IMG/VR virus record: IMGVR_UViG_3300022918_000002 | Location: 1 to 53,482 of that record | Direction: 5' to 3' (one strand) | DNA: 53,482 nt | From: a virus | Lineage: Duplodnaviria; Caudoviricetes | Made by a program: the position numbers and the translations under genes | Part shown: piece after piece, positions 19,135 to 31,732 of the stretch | Position numbering within the stretch: position 1 is the first letter of the stretch | Layout: each line of letters begins with the position of its first letter | Notes under the pieces: generated by a model | Database searches by the model: none | What the model was told of the DNA's origin: nothing | What the model saw: the letters and a program-made list of their open reading frames with translations, nothing else

Positions 19135-20571
19135 TTATTCAGTTTCAATTATTTGTGTTTTTTCTTCATCCTGTATCTTTTTAAACGTAACCGTTGGGTC
19201 ATCGCTTAACGGGTTTTGGTTAATAGATTCCTCTTGTGAAAGTATTGCTTTGCCTCCATTAGCTTTTAGTAATAAGTCTACCATATCGCTTTCTGAACCT
19301 ATTCGGAATAAATCATATTCAGGCGTAACACTTAATTCTTCTCCGCCTCTGCATTCAGGATATATTGCGCATATTGCAGATATAAGAAAGTTAACACGCC
19401 TTTGAATGCCTAAACCGTAAACTCCTTTTTGCATGTTCTTAGCGAATGTGTGAGGTGCTATTAAAAGCCTGTCCATGATTGGCCCCGATAATTGCCCTGT
19501 TATTTTAGCCATAGCATGAGCGGATAAATCAGCTTGCATAGCCATTCCAAATATATCATTCTCATTCCCTTCTAACTCCATTTTTACAGATTCAGGCGCG
19601 CCGGTGGCTTGTACATATTCTAATTTAGCACCGTCCTCTAATTCAAAGACTTTACCTGTTTCGCCTTTAGTAGACATTCCAAGTATCTTCCCGCTTGCTG
19701 CCAATATAGGGCTTCCTGAATAATCGTTTTGATCTGAATGGTTAGACTTTAATGTTTCCCGCCTTTCTATTGATGATTGAGAATTTGCCCATATAGGTTT
19801 ATCTATTTGATAAAACACAACAGGTATCTTTCCGTAAGCTAATTTAACTGAATCCTCTTGCTGTTCTTTTTCCGTAGCTTGTTTATATGGCATCAATATC
19901 CATTCGGTGCTTCTGCTTTTTACATATCTCCTTAACTCTGTGTCTGTGTAAACATCAATATGGTCTGTTTCTTCATAACCCTTTCGTATAGTGTAAGCCC
20001 TTGCAAACGCTATAAGGTCATCGTATTCATCAAATACAGGGATTAGTTTATATCCTGTCTTAGGCGAATACACATTGCATTTTAGTTGAATCTCTTTAGT
20101 GCCATCGGTTTTATCTTTAACCTTTTTATACCATATTTCAGCGCATTCAGTTTCGGAATATAATGATTGCCCTATTTGATTGTTTTTGAAATCTAGTTTC
20201 TCATCTCTCCATATCTTTAACAGCCTATCGTAAGTGTTTTGCTCTGCACCCTCTTTTGGGTTAGCCTTAAGGTTTACTTTGCCAGATGTTAAAAACGCAT
20301 TAGCGGTAACGGTTAAAAGTTCTTGATAAGATAATGCTATCCTGGTTACGGGTACAGTCTTCGTGTATGAATATGATGTTCCATCTTCATTAGCGCGTTG
20401 TAGTTGTATTTCTTTATCCGGTCTAAAGTAAATATCGTTTATCTTATGCTTTTTTGAATCGTATTGTTTCCTGTATAAATCTTCATTGTAATACGAATTG
20501 TGGCACTTATAAATTTCAGGTATAAGAACTACAGGATTATTCAGGTTTGCGATAAAGAAATTAAGATCCAT
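19135..20571 (-). CDS. Portal protein (SPP1 gp6-like)
   Basis: 478 aa after the large terminase; YGKIPVVFY and SNHSDQNDYSGSPIL motifs of SPP1-type portals. Confidence 0.9.
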   Translation of the reverse strand: MDLNFFIANLNNPVVLIPEIYKCHNSYYNEDLYRKQYDSKKHKINDIYFRPDKEIQLQRANEDGTSYSYTKTVPVTRIALSYQELLTVTANAFLTSGKVNLKANPKEGAEQNTYDRLLKIWRDEKLDFKNNQIGQSLYSETECAEIWYKKVKDKTDGTKEIQLKCNVYSPKTGYKLIPVFDEYDDLIAFARAYTIRKGYEETDHIDVYTDTELRRYVKSRSTEWILMPYKQATEKEQQEDSVKLAYGKIPVVFYQIDKPIWANSQSSIERRETLKSNHSDQNDYSGSPILAASGKILGMSTKGETGKVFELEDGAKLEYVQATGAPESVKMELEGNENDIFGMAMQADLSAHAMAKITGQLSGPIMDRLLIAPHTFAKNMQKGVYGLGIQRRVNFLISAICAIYPECRGGEELSVTPEYDLFRIGSESDMVDLLLKANGGKAILSQEESINQNPLSDDPTVTFKKIQDEEKTQIIETE

Positions 20572-20587
20572 AACTTTTACTTTTTAA

Positions 20588-21955
20588 TTATATGAATCCG
20601 CTCCAATTAACATTTGAAACGGGTTTATTGATATATGCTAAATATTGTGTATTAAAGGCAGAAACCATAATGTAATCAAATAAATCACTAAAATGCCCTA
20701 CCTTTTGATAATTAGCCCCTGTCTTAGGGTCTTTAGCGGTTTCCTTCAGCTTAGTTCCATCCGGTGCTTCTTTAAGCATTATAAAGTCGCTAATAGCTTT
20801 GGTACATTTCTCATCTATTGTTACTGTAACACCGCCTAATCCAGTTTCAAAGATAGTATTTATCCAGTTACCACGCATTACTACAGATGGATTTGAGCGT
20901 GTTACACGGTTTACCGGTTTGTATTGCTTAAGATATTCAAGTATTAGCGTGTAAAAGTTATGTCCCTTTTCAAGTTTAGTATCTTGCTTGTTAGCTGTTG
21001 CATCCCCATATACAAACATTCCGCTACTATGAGCCTGATATTTTCGGATTATCTCATTGCATACAGCCTTAACGGTATTATTTGGGGTTTCGCCCGCTAT
21101 CTCATCAATCATTTTTAAGTGCAATCCCTCAATTTGAAATATTCCACACGGTAAATATGGGTTAACGTTATCATCCCAACTTATATGCAAAGCTAATGCA
21201 GGATCGTATAATGCTTTACCTCGCTGCTTATCGTACTCAAACTGTTTATAGAATTCCCCTCCTGTTTTAACTAAGAAATCCCAGTTACCATTAACAAAGA
21301 CTTCATATTCATAAGGGGGCATATTCTCTAAGTTATCCAAATATTCCTGTGGTAAATTAGACTTACCATTTTCATCTATATTGTCGCTTATCTTAGAAGG
21401 TATGTATAACCAATTAGGATTGAGAATATCTTCTTTCCACGGATTAAACACTTTTGTTTTAACCCAGTTTTGTGTAGGGTTGCAAGTAGCTAATATTACG
21501 GGTTTAGGTTGGTACTTTGAATCAGGTATTATCCATGATCCTGAACGCTCAAAAGCTTTGTTTAAAGTCTTTTCCTGACACTCGTTGATTTCCTCAAACA
21601 AGAACCCATTAACCTCCAAACCTTTCATCCAGTCTAATTCTTTATCAGATACATAATTCTCTGATTTGAATAATATAATAGATCCGTTTGGATGCGTATA
21701 TTCATAGGGGCTTTGCCTTAGCTTACCTGATGGATTTATTTTTAAGAACGATGGTATTGTAGTAGTACGTATCTTTTCCATATTTTCCCTAATCACACAC
21801 CATCTTGAATTAGGAAATACTTGGCACATTATTAATAATGCGGAAAGACCCCATATTGTCTTGCCACCACGAATTGCGCCACCGTACAAAATGAAATTAT
21901 ATTTTTCACTTTGCAAAGCGTTCATTGCTTCTGTCTGTTTTGCGGTTAGTTTCAA
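20588..21955 (-). CDS. terL: Terminase large subunit
   Basis: Walker A YGGAIRGGKT, Walker B FLFEEINE, coupling motif ATCNP, C-terminal nuclease HFSDLFDY. Confidence 0.95.
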   Translation of the reverse strand: MKLTAKQTEAMNALQSEKYNFILYGGAIRGGKTIWGLSALLIMCQVFPNSRWCVIRENMEKIRTTTIPSFLKINPSGKLRQSPYEYTHPNGSIILFKSENYVSDKELDWMKGLEVNGFLFEEINECQEKTLNKAFERSGSWIIPDSKYQPKPVILATCNPTQNWVKTKVFNPWKEDILNPNWLYIPSKISDNIDENGKSNLPQEYLDNLENMPPYEYEVFVNGNWDFLVKTGGEFYKQFEYDKQRGKALYDPALALHISWDDNVNPYLPCGIFQIEGLHLKMIDEIAGETPNNTVKAVCNEIIRKYQAHSSGMFVYGDATANKQDTKLEKGHNFYTLILEYLKQYKPVNRVTRSNPSVVMRGNWINTIFETGLGGVTVTIDEKCTKAISDFIMLKEAPDGTKLKETAKDPKTGANYQKVGHFSDLFDYIMVSAFNTQYLAYINKPVSNVNWSGFI

Positions 21956-22489
21956 TTATATTCCTATTTCTTTATCGCCCCATTTAATAACCGTAACGCT
22001 TACTTCTTTTTGTTTATTATCTTTTTCGTAACCGCCTAAATGCTTCATGGCTTTTTCAAGGGCATCGAGTTTACTATAAGTCCTTATTTTCTTTGTGAAT
22101 CCTAAACTTTCTTTTTTGCCATCTATAAATTCATATATTTCATCGCTATCAAGTTGCTGTATCATTTGCCTGGCTTCGAGTGGTATTTGCTTTAATGGAA
22201 GCAAACGCCCATCGTCATCGTACAATGAAGCAATATCAAATCTTATCATTCCTGCAAGATTTTGTATAAGCTCATCTATTGTTATCTTGTTACGCTCGTA
22301 AGCCTCTCTCTGTAACTCTTTTATCCTTGAGGCTATATCGGGGTTAGCGTGAAGTCTACACGCCTCCTGCGCAACGCTGTGTACGTTCATAGCATCGGCA
22401 TCATATGCTATTCTGTAAGCAGCACTTTGATTGCCACAAACAACATAGCTTTGACAGTAATTTTCTTGCTTATCTGTTAGTCCTGCCAT
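21956..22489 (-). CDS. terS: Terminase small subunit
   Basis: LTDKQENYCQSY...NQSAAYRIAY helix-turn-helix and KLDALEKAMKHLG; abuts terL. Confidence 0.92.
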   Translation of the reverse strand: MAGLTDKQENYCQSYVVCGNQSAAYRIAYDADAMNVHSVAQEACRLHANPDIASRIKELQREAYERNKITIDELIQNLAGMIRFDIASLYDDDGRLLPLKQIPLEARQMIQQLDSDEIYEFIDGKKESLGFTKKIRTYSKLDALEKAMKHLGGYEKDNKQKEVSVTVIKWGDKEIGI

Positions 22490-22519
22490 TGTTATTTAAT
22501 TTTCATGTTAATTAATAAG

Positions 22520-22569
22520 CAAATGTAGTGATTATATTAAAAACAAAAAGACACCGGTTAAGGTGTCAG
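22520..22569 (-). promoter_or_regulatory. Intrinsic terminator followed by promoter for the packaging genes
   Basis: GACACC-TTAACC-GGTGTC-TTTTT on the minus strand, then TACATTTG at 22527-22520. Confidence 0.7.
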
Positions 22570-22898
22570 ATAAACTGTGTTTATTTTACTATATGCCTAT
22601 TTCAGATTTCAATTCTTTTTTAAATTCCTTAACTCTTTCTTTAATATACATTCTTTCAGTTAGCTTTGTAAATTTTAATAAGCCACTGTAATTCCTAAAC
22701 ACCAATGTTGTAGTTAGTTTAGGCTCTCTAACCGTGTGCATACAGCTTGTCATTTCGCCTCCGGCTCTATCGTAAATTACTTCGATGTTTTCCTTATCTA
22801 TGTATTCTTTTACTTTTTTAAGGTTTTTATTACTTAGTTCTATTATGTCTTCTATTGGAGAATGAATAAATTTTAGTTGTATTTCCATGATTATTTTT

Positions 22899-23294
22899 TT
22901 AAAGATGTGCCGCTACAATCAAGTTACACGACTTACCGCGTTTAAATATGTTGTTTTCTCTTTTGCAGCCGCAATCGTATTCTACTATGTGCGCTATTGT
23001 TTTGTTATTGAGAACCCAGTCCGATGTATCAACACGTTCGGGGTGTTCTGTAAAAATAGGGTTTTCAATTGTTATAGTTTCTTCGCTTGCATGTTCAGTT
23101 AAACAACTATAAGTTATATCCGAACCTTGAAAGTAACCATACATAAGCGTTTTAATCCATGTTGGAAGCTTCTTTGAGGGAATTAGCTGCTTTCTTATGT
23201 TGCTTTCAGATGTGCCAGTTATTTCGGATAATTCTTTTAATCCAATCTTTAGAACCTCATTTACCTTTAACCAGTTTTCGTATGTGTATTCCAT
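22899..23294 (-). CDS. Helix-turn-helix protein with C-terminal Cys motif
   Basis: Likely start MEYTY at 23294; IGLKELSEITGTSESNIRKQL is an HTH pattern. Confidence 0.6.
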   Translation of the reverse strand: MEYTYENWLKVNEVLKIGLKELSEITGTSESNIRKQLIPSKKLPTWIKTLMYGYFQGSDITYSCLTEHASEETITIENPIFTEHPERVDTSDWVLNNKTIAHIVEYDCGCKRENNIFKRGKSCNLIVAAHL

Positions 23295-24056
23295 GTTTAT
23301 TTTTTGAATATTTTTTGTTCCAATGATTCCCATATTTGATTAGGCAATATTATGAAAACATAAGTAATTATGCATATAGGTATTAAATACATTGCTATTG
23401 TAGACATTATTGGCAAGCTGCAAAATAAAACCGTTTTCGATAAACTAAATACTTCTATGTTCTTTTTATAAATTCCATAGGTTAATAGACAAATTCCTAT
23501 TATAAAAAATAGTATTGTAGGAGCAACCATGTTTAGTAAAAAATCTAAAGGCATTTTAGTTTTAAAGATTTCTATTTCCATGTTTGTTATTTAAAGGCTT
23601 TCGCCTGTTGTGGTTAACCCTTTAAATATTTTTCTGTTACATGACTTTTTAAACCCTCAAATAATTCAGCACAAGTATGTGTTATAATTATAGTAGTGTG
23701 CGGATGTTGGTTCTCGTTTAACCATTTAACTACAGGGTCTACAACTGTTTCGTATGTTATAATTTCCGGCTTTGTTTTAAATACTTCAAATTCATTAAAA
23801 AAAGATACAAGACCGTTATAATCAAACATTCCTCTTTCTCCTTTATTCCATTTTTTATGCTTCATAAAAGCATTTGCTTTGTCTGTATAATTAGGTAATT
23901 CAGACGCTTTAAACCATTCTTCTACTTTGATAGAAAAATTATTTTCATCATAAAAGCTTTGAGTGTGTAAATCAAACTTTAAATAACCTTTGTTTGTGTA
24001 ATAATAAGCTGATGTGTAAGGTTTTTCTAAACTAAATTCTATTAAATCCATTATAT

Positions 24057-24235
24057 TAATTATTAAAAGTTATAAAATCGTGTGGGTTCATCGGTAAATC
24101 ATGCCAGTGTGTCGGGAAACATTATTTGTCTTTCCCATAACCGCCCTCATTGTAATCTCCGTTGTTTACTATATAAATACCAAAACCTGTTTATCTGCTA
24201 TAGGTTTTTTTCTCGTTTATACTGTATGCTATAAT
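24057..24235 (-). pseudogene. Decayed DUF551-like gene
   Basis: Fragments SINEKK/P..DKQVLVF and PTHWHDLP are separated by frameshifts and stops; same motifs as the intact ORF 26707..27078. Confidence 0.5.
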
Positions 24236-24272
24236 AATTTATTTTAAGGGAGGTGTTAACCTCCCGTGTTAG

Positions 24273-24395
24273 TTATTCAAAACCAAACAATTCATTTGAG
24301 CAATCATCGCAATAGAAACAATCTTCTTGTGGTGAGTAGATAAAGTATTCGTGTCGCTGTTCTATTTTCATACAGCATTCGCATTGTTTTTCCAT
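24273..24395 (-). CDS. 40-aa Cys-rich (zinc-ribbon-like) protein, not in the ORF track
   Basis: MEKQCECCMKIEQRHEYFIYSPQEDCFYCDDCSNELFGFE; CxxC...CxxC. Confidence 0.6.
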   Translation of the reverse strand: MEKQCECCMKIEQRHEYFIYSPQEDCFYCDDCSNELFGFE

Positions 24396-24670
24396 AATTA
24401 TTTAAAAATTATGAGTTTCAAAATCTTTACTGTTATTATTGTAAGTTAAGTATATTCCGTAATAAGATAAGAAATCCTCTTTAACTTCATCATCGATACA
24501 TTCACAGCAAACATCTATTTTAGCTCTTTTACAAAACTCTATCACTTCATTTTTTGTTAATGATTTAGATAGTCTTTGGTTTAAAAGATTAGTATTTTGT
24601 GTTTTCTGTTGGTTGTAAGTAAGTGCCATAATTTCTATTGCTTTAATTGTTTATTGTTTTAATTCTTATA

Positions 24671-24722
24671 CAAATATACTTAGAATATATTCCATAAACA
24701 AATAAAAAGAGAATATTTTCCA
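24671..24722 (-). promoter_or_regulatory. Promoter with adjacent palindromic operator-like sites
   Basis: TATATTTG at 24678-24671; perfect palindrome GAATATATTC at 24683-24692 and imperfect copy GAATATTTTC at 24711-24720. Confidence 0.55.
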
Positions 24723-24990
24723 AGTAAATGGCTTAATATTCCATTATAGTGGTCTAACCCTCGTAAAATACGATACAATTTCAATATATTCTCAGTAAAT
24801 TAATGTTTATATTAAATTTTTTTAAAGTCATTTATTTATCTCATCACTTATTAATTCCAAGAAGTTAAATCCAGTAAATAACCATACCAACAATATAATT
24901 GGAGAAAAAGCAACCATCATTATAACCAATATTGCTGATTTAATGAACCATGCAATAAACTTAAATGTATCTATAATTCTGTTTTTCATT

Positions 24991-25197
24991 TTAATTACAA
25001 GCGTTATGAATTAGGTTATCACGTTCCTGTATTATTAGAGATATTTTAGTGTAATCTACTGGATGCTGTTTTCTTTCCGCTTCAAGTTGGATGTCAAAAC
25101 GTGCCGTTATTTCATTTTTAGCGGCTATACAGTATGTTTCTTCATTGCTGCATGATAACAGCGTTAGAACGGATATAAATAGGGTTATTCGTTTCAT
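24991..25197 (-). CDS. Small lipoprotein
   Basis: MKRITLFISVLTLLSC lipobox. Confidence 0.65.
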   Translation of the reverse strand: MKRITLFISVLTLLSCSNEETYCIAAKNEITARFDIQLEAERKQHPVDYTKISLIIQERDNLIHNACN

Positions 25198-26706
25198 ATT
25201 AGTTTGTCTATTTGTTTTAGCTTTTTGTTTAATAAATTTAGTTCGGATATAATATACTCATTAGTACTATCCTTTTTTAAAGCCTTTAGCAGTTTTTTTT
25301 GTTTACGGCATAAATCATTGTAACTTTCATTATTATTTTTCATTTTAAACCTCTTTAATTGTTACACTTACCTTTACACACGTCCAACCGTTTTTAAGCC
25401 ATGACTGCCACGAATAGCAGCCTACAAACCAATTTATACACGATCTTTTTTTCTTAGCCATGCTGCTTTCTATAAACTTTCCTTTAGGGTCTTTTATTAC
25501 CCACATTGTTAGGGTTCTCATTTGTTAGTTGCTTAGGGTAATGGGTTCGCCGGTGTAGAGTCTGAAAGCATCCATGTTCCATCTGCCAAAGAAATGACCG
25601 ACTTCGTATGAGCTTTCACCTTTTTTAACAACCATTCCTGAGAATGTTTTATCTTCAAACGTAAAGCCATCATTCATAACCACAAGTTCTTCGTCAGTTA
25701 TGAATTTTTGACCTTGTAGATTCCAGTTAATAGCGAAATGAATTTCCTCTTTAGCAGGCTCTATTATTTCTGCCCATATACCGTTATTGAATATAATATA
25801 ACCACCGTACCATAATGTATTACCGCTTAACTGAAATAGTCCGTTGTGTTCACTTAAATATACATTTAGACCATTTGATTTAATTTCGATATTATGTTTA
25901 AACCCACGCTTCTTAGCCTCGTTTATTAAAGCGGTTTTAACAACACTGTTACTTACATCATCCCAATTAGTGCCGTCTTCATTCATGTGTACTTTATCGG
26001 TAAATTGCCCGTCAGGGGAAAATCCATAGTTTTCATAGCCTACTTCTTTAAAATAAACTAAAGCACCGTTCTTTACGTGTCTATACCATTTTCCTGTATT
26101 CTCGTTATGAGGTTTTTCCTTAAGCACTAAGCGTTTGAATTCTTCGGTGGATATTTCGGTGTAGCCGTGTGATTGTATAGCACCTTTAGGGATTTTATGA
26201 CTGTAATCATCATACTTTGGATAACATAAGTGTAAATCAGATTCAAGATTTGTTATTTCTTTAAATCCTAAAGGCCAAGGTGTTTGGTAGTTTTTACTAA
26301 ACCACTTAAATATAATATTTACATCTTCATTAGTGATGGGTTTAACACACCACTTTTCAGGCAATTCAGTAAGCGGCTGCTCAGGCTCGAATAGTAATGC
26401 TTCGGGCTGGTTTAAACCATTAGATGTACCGGCAATACCTAATTTTAATTCCAATTCATAAACCCTCGAATCCAAAGTAGCAATCTCATTTTTGAGTTTT
26501 GATTTTTTAGAGAGGAACTCGGAGGCAGGGATGATTACTGGTGCTGTATCTGTGAAAAACCAGCAATTCTGGCTAAAACAAACCATATCCCCTATATATA
26601 GTCTCATGCGTGTAATATTGCTAAATTTACGCGCCTCTTTCTTAGTGCTAATTTTAATAGCCTCATTCGGTTTTAAATCTTTAATGTTTCTCATAATATT
26701 TTGGTT

Positions 26707-27078
26707 TTATTTTGTTGTTGGTTGTGGTAGGCGTTGCCAATGGGTTACATTATTTATATCTCCTAAATTAAGCCAGTACTTATTGCTTTTTGAACAAACG
26801 GCATCTACCGCCATAGTTCCATCCTTTAAAATAACAATAACATCTACGTGCGATTCAGGCAACCTATCATTAACAGAAACCCATACAGGTAAAGTTTCCC
26901 TCATGTGGCAAAGGTTTTCGTAGTCCCATATTAAAGACTGGGCAGCTTCGATTGCCCCTAAACTTTCTTTCGGTATGTAATCATTAAGTAGTGAAACTAA
27001 TAGTTTCATTTCAAAAATACTCAACGGAACTACATTAGCGCGTTCCTTTTGGTGATCGGGGCTGTTGTAATTTATCAT
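26707..27078 (-). CDS. DUF551-like protein
   Basis: WVSVNDRLP...VIV...VTHWQRLPQP signature. Confidence 0.75.
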   Translation of the reverse strand: MINYNSPDHQKERANVVPLSIFEMKLLVSLLNDYIPKESLGAIEAAQSLIWDYENLCHMRETLPVWVSVNDRLPESHVDVIVILKDGTMAVDAVCSKSNKYWLNLGDINNVTHWQRLPQPTTK

Positions 27079-28756
27079 GGGTTAAAAATGTTTAGGATAG
27101 TTTTTAACAAGAATGTTTCCAATACTCACGATAACATTTATAACAGAAAGTATAAATAGCAATATCATCATCCAAAAGTACCAGTAATGCCTTGCTCCCC
27201 AGTTCCAATAAATATCTATTTCTCCATCTGTAGTTACAAGATATTCGGTTACATATAACATTTCTTTATGCGGAACTACTTTTGTATCTCCAAAATACTC
27301 CCTTAGTTGTTCAGGCAAGTATGTTGCCAACGAAGCGGATGTAAAGAGTATTATTATTCTTAAGGCAATGCCTAAATAGACATTTGTTTTCATGTTCTTG
27401 TTTTTAAGTTAAACGTATTCTTCTTTTAGTTGTTCTTTAATCATAGCTTCTACTTCATCAGCAAAGGCGTGGTCTAAGGGGCGGAATCTACTTATATCAA
27501 AAGAGCACTCCCCATATCCTTCGTCGTAATATAAATTAGGATTAATTATTTCTTGTAAATAAATAGAATCATTACCGTCAAAAGCCCTTATGGTATATAT
27601 CTCATTTTTTAATGGCACTTTAACATTGTATTCTATATCGAATTCATCACGTTTAAAATTTATTAAACAAACAACTTTCTGCCCTACTTTAAAATTACTC
27701 ATTGCTTTTAGTTTTTAATTGGTTAATATATACATGCGGTCTTTCAGATTCTTTAAATTGTTGTTCAGGTTCGTAATTACCATGCTGTGAGCGCTTATAT
27801 TGCCTCTCTGCTGCCTTATCGTACTTTTTAAGCAACATACTTACCCTATCAAGTTTTGGGCGCAACACAGGCTCTAATTCAGGCTTAAAAAGTATTTCCC
27901 TGTATAGTTCTGAATGTTCACGGCATAAAGCTATATAACCATCCGAATTACGGTCATACGTCGGCTGTAATGGGTCATCAGTAATTAACCAACGCTTATC
28001 TTTATTCTTGTAAATTAAAGCGCACACAAGGGCTATAAAGAAAAAGAATAATACTGTGTAGTCAAATAGGTTTAATTCCATTATTTCAGTTTATTTATAA
28101 AAGTTATCGCCTCTTTAAGCCAATCATTATACTCATCTTTAGTTATTTCTTCCCCTAAAGTTATATCATTGTAAAATGTATCTAAATCTATGCTAACAGA
28201 TTCTTTGCTTATATTTATTGTCTCACAATCTATATCAACATCGCTATAAGAGCCATCCCATCTCCTTAACGCTATAACTTTTAGAACGCAGTTAGCAAAT
28301 GGCTTAAAGTATTTACCAACAATATCAGGTGCGCCTTTTAAATTTTCTTTAGCTTGCAATATTTTTAGTCTTTTTACTTCCGATTCTAAATGTTTTATTT
28401 TTTCTATATAATCCATTATTTTATGCTTTTAAGTGAATCATTTTTACGATAAGCCATAACATCAAATGTTACGCCCGATTGATTGCTGTTAACCCTTGTT
28501 TTGTGTATTAAATTACCGTTCATGTATATGTAAACCTCGTTGTTATTTTTTACTGTGTAGACCATGTTAACTTTTAGATTTAAATATATTATATCTAATA
28601 TATAGCGTTAATAAAGTAATACTTATAGTGCTTAAGATTATCAACAAAGTCTCTCTTGTGTTTACAGCCTCTGCCAACTCATGTAAAAAAAGTACAATTA
28701 TAAATACCGCCAATACGAGGAATAGTTTTTCAAACATTATTTTAGTTCTTTCCATT

Positions 28757-29194
28757 TTAATGATGTTTAGTTTGCCTCCAACCATCCTGAAATAAATCCT
28801 TTAGTTTATCCGGATGCACCTGTTTTGCTGTTTTACCTTTTATTACATAAACCCACCCTTTTGAAGCCCTGGTTTGCTCTAAAAGTTTCGCAGTAGGTAA
28901 AGCTTCATTTGCAAGGACTTTATTCGCTACATTAAGCTTATTGCCTATTGTGTTATCCCTGCTTACTGTTTTAGCCTTAGTACGCATTTCCTTTTTAATT
29001 TCAGCCGCTTTCTTTTCCTGCAACTTCCATTTAAAACCCGCTGATTTATGTATTCTGCCTGCTATGCAATTTGCTATCGATGTTGCAGAAACTTTGTTTT
29101 CAGCAGCAGCTTCATTTATGCAATCGTACTTTTTAATTACTTTGCCATTGTCATCTAATTTAGCTACCGGCTTTGTGTTGTTTAGATATGCCAT
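28757..29194 (-). CDS. NUMOD1-type DNA-binding domain protein
   Basis: KPVAKLDDNGKVIKKYDCINEAA...SIANCIAG...SAGFKW. Confidence 0.75.
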   Translation of the reverse strand: MAYLNNTKPVAKLDDNGKVIKKYDCINEAAAENKVSATSIANCIAGRIHKSAGFKWKLQEKKAAEIKKEMRTKAKTVSRDNTIGNKLNVANKVLANEALPTAKLLEQTRASKGWVYVIKGKTAKQVHPDKLKDLFQDGWRQTKHH

Positions 29195-30849
29195 AATTTT
29201 ACAATGTTTAGATTACTAATGGTGCTTTTGTTATAGATTCCTTATATATCATAAGGTTATCGCACCCCATAATGTATATATTCTTGAAGATAGCACTTTA
29301 TCTTTTTTTGATCTACCATCATGATGTAGTAATTTAGCGTGAGATGCACATAGTTCTCTTTGCTCAATACATTTCTGTTTTGCATATTCCTCCATAGCGT
29401 CGAGAATTTCATAGTGAATGTCGCAAACTCTATCTTCGCATGATAAAAGACCTTTTTCCACATCATGTATTTTTTTACTTAGTACTTCGTATGCCGTCAT
29501 AATTTTATTTATAAGGGTTATTGTTTTCTGTTACTGGTTAAATATTTATAAATTCTTCTTCAAGCCTTTTGACATCTTTTAATAAGTCTAACCTGTCCTG
29601 TTCAGGTTGATTTGTTCTATTAATTTCATCAAGCTGTGAATCAATCCATTGTTTAAAACTAAAACCATCATTTAGATAACTTAAGCAAGATGTTATCATG
29701 TATAAAAATCTTTTTGCGCTTCTTGCTTGCGAACAGGTTTCATTAAGTATATCGTCTTTATTTTTATAAAAACTACCTGTACTAATGCCTTCTATATTGG
29801 CTAAATCTTTACCTAAAGTTATTTTAAACACTCTAAGTATTTCTGTAATTTCTTTATTTTCCATTATTTATAAGGATTGTTATTATCGGTTACTGGTCTT
29901 GTTTTTTGAATCATTTGTAATACAAATTCCTTTCGCTGCTTAGTGCCTGTTTCTCCATCTTCAAACCAAAACGGAAAACCTGTATTTTCGGGTTTATTAT
30001 GTTTAAAGTCATCAAGTAATGATTGCTCTTCTTTTGTTGTAAAAACACCTATACTCCATAAACAAAATGTGAAAAAACATAATCCATCGTTTAATTCTTG
30101 CATATCCTTTATTTCCTCCCAAAGAAGTAAATAAAGCTCGTGTATTTTTCTCATTTAATACGGTATAGGTTTTAGATTTTCTCCATAAATAATTCGTTGT
30201 TCTGATTTTTTAGTAGGAGTTCCATCCTTTTTTAATACTGTACCATAATAGTTTAATACAGGCAAATAAGTATGTGAAGATAATGAGTATTTATATTGTT
30301 CTACTCTAATGCTGCCAATATGGTCGCTTGCTATATCGCCTATATCGTGTTGTGCGTTGGCTTTACAGTAAGTTTTAATAAGCTCATTTTTTTGCTCATT
30401 AAATTTTCCTTCTAACCTTTTTAAATCAAATTTATATTCTTCTATTGTCATGTTATTTTAATTTAAGCAATGTTTAAATATTTTTAAATCCTGTGCGCTG
30501 TAGTCTTTGTGATTTCTAAACGTGAATAAATACGCTTGGTAAATATTGCTGTAATCCATATTTACTACTCTTAAGCTTCTGCCCGTAAAGTTTAGTATTT
30601 GGGTTTTAGACTCCCAATACATTTCAAAAGGCCAAAGCATTAAAAGCATATCGTTTGGATCTGTTATGTCGGAAATGTGTTTTACCGGCATCCAAGTTGT
30701 AGCGTTTTGCATAATTGATTATTTTTTACTTTAAAATTAACCCTATAGCCAATGTTACAATTATAAGACCCATTGCTATTATTATCTTTTCACGGTGTCT
30801 TAAAACGAATACATTCAACCGCTTCTTAGTTGTTTTCATGATGCAGGTT

Positions 30850-31191
30850 TTAAACTATATCCTCTAAAGCATTTAGTATTCTTTCTTTAGGTGTTTTACC
30901 TGTTAAATACCTACTGGAACTATCATCGTTTATTCGCCATACATTGTTATGGCTAATATTTGTAGGATTTGCGGAAAATCCAAATACGGTTTTGTGATAC
31001 GGTTCAAGAATATCAGATAAAGCTATGGCCTCATCCGTGTATATGTCATCTATTTCTCCCTCTACTACTCCACAATGACCAAGCGCGCAATGGCAGTTAG
31101 GGTTTAATTCAGATGTTAAGTCAACAATAGTCCAAAGGTTATCTGGTATTGCTTCAAACTTTTTAATAAAGTATTCTCTTGTAAATTCCAT
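30850..31191 (-). CDS. Hypothetical CHCALGHCG protein, paralog 1
   Basis: Shares EYFIKKFEAIP, CHCALGHCG and PKERILNAL with 45916..46239. Confidence 0.8.
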   Translation of the reverse strand: MEFTREYFIKKFEAIPDNLWTIVDLTSELNPNCHCALGHCGVVEGEIDDIYTDEAIALSDILEPYHKTVFGFSANPTNISHNNVWRINDDSSSRYLTGKTPKERILNALEDIV

Positions 31192-31693
31192 GATATTGTT
31201 TTTAAAGGTTTTTAAGTTCTCTTTTAGTGGCCTGTATCTCGTAGTTTAGTAAATAACGGTCTACAGTATCAGTAGTGGTTAATAAACTTGCCTCATGTAA
31301 GCTTATTAGTTTTAAAAGGTAGGTTTTCATGGTTTATTTATCTAATGTATTTTATACTAAAATATTGGCTATAAGAGTTTTAATATTTAAAGTTTATCTA
31401 AAACTATTAAAAGAATGACTAATTTTATTAGTTAGATAAACTTTAGAACACATTACTTTGTTTGCGTTATCTAATAACTCTTTATTAGTGGTAAGCTTAT
31501 TATAAGTTTCTAACTGCATTCTGCAAACTTCTGCCAGTATATCATTAAATCTTAATTCAAAATCACACTCCTTAACTCCTAAATTTTTAGTAGCTAAAAC
31601 TATCATGTCAAAATTATTATCAAGTGTGTTTTTAACTTCTGCTGTAATTGTCATAATGATATATTGTTATTTGTTACTATTTTAATTCTTGAA

Positions 31694-31732
31694 CAAACCT
31701 AATATATTTTATGTTTATAACCTAATATATTT
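31694..31732 (-). promoter_or_regulatory. Promoter overlapped by tandem 14-bp direct repeats
   Basis: TAGGTTTG at 31701-31694; AACCTAATATATTT at 31696 and 31719 (23-bp period). Confidence 0.7.

Noticed and set aside
31696-31732. Direct repeats as a CRISPR mini-array or replication iterons
   Set aside because: There are only two 14-bp copies per site with 9-bp gaps, overlapping promoter boxes and far from the initiator gene; an operator fits better.
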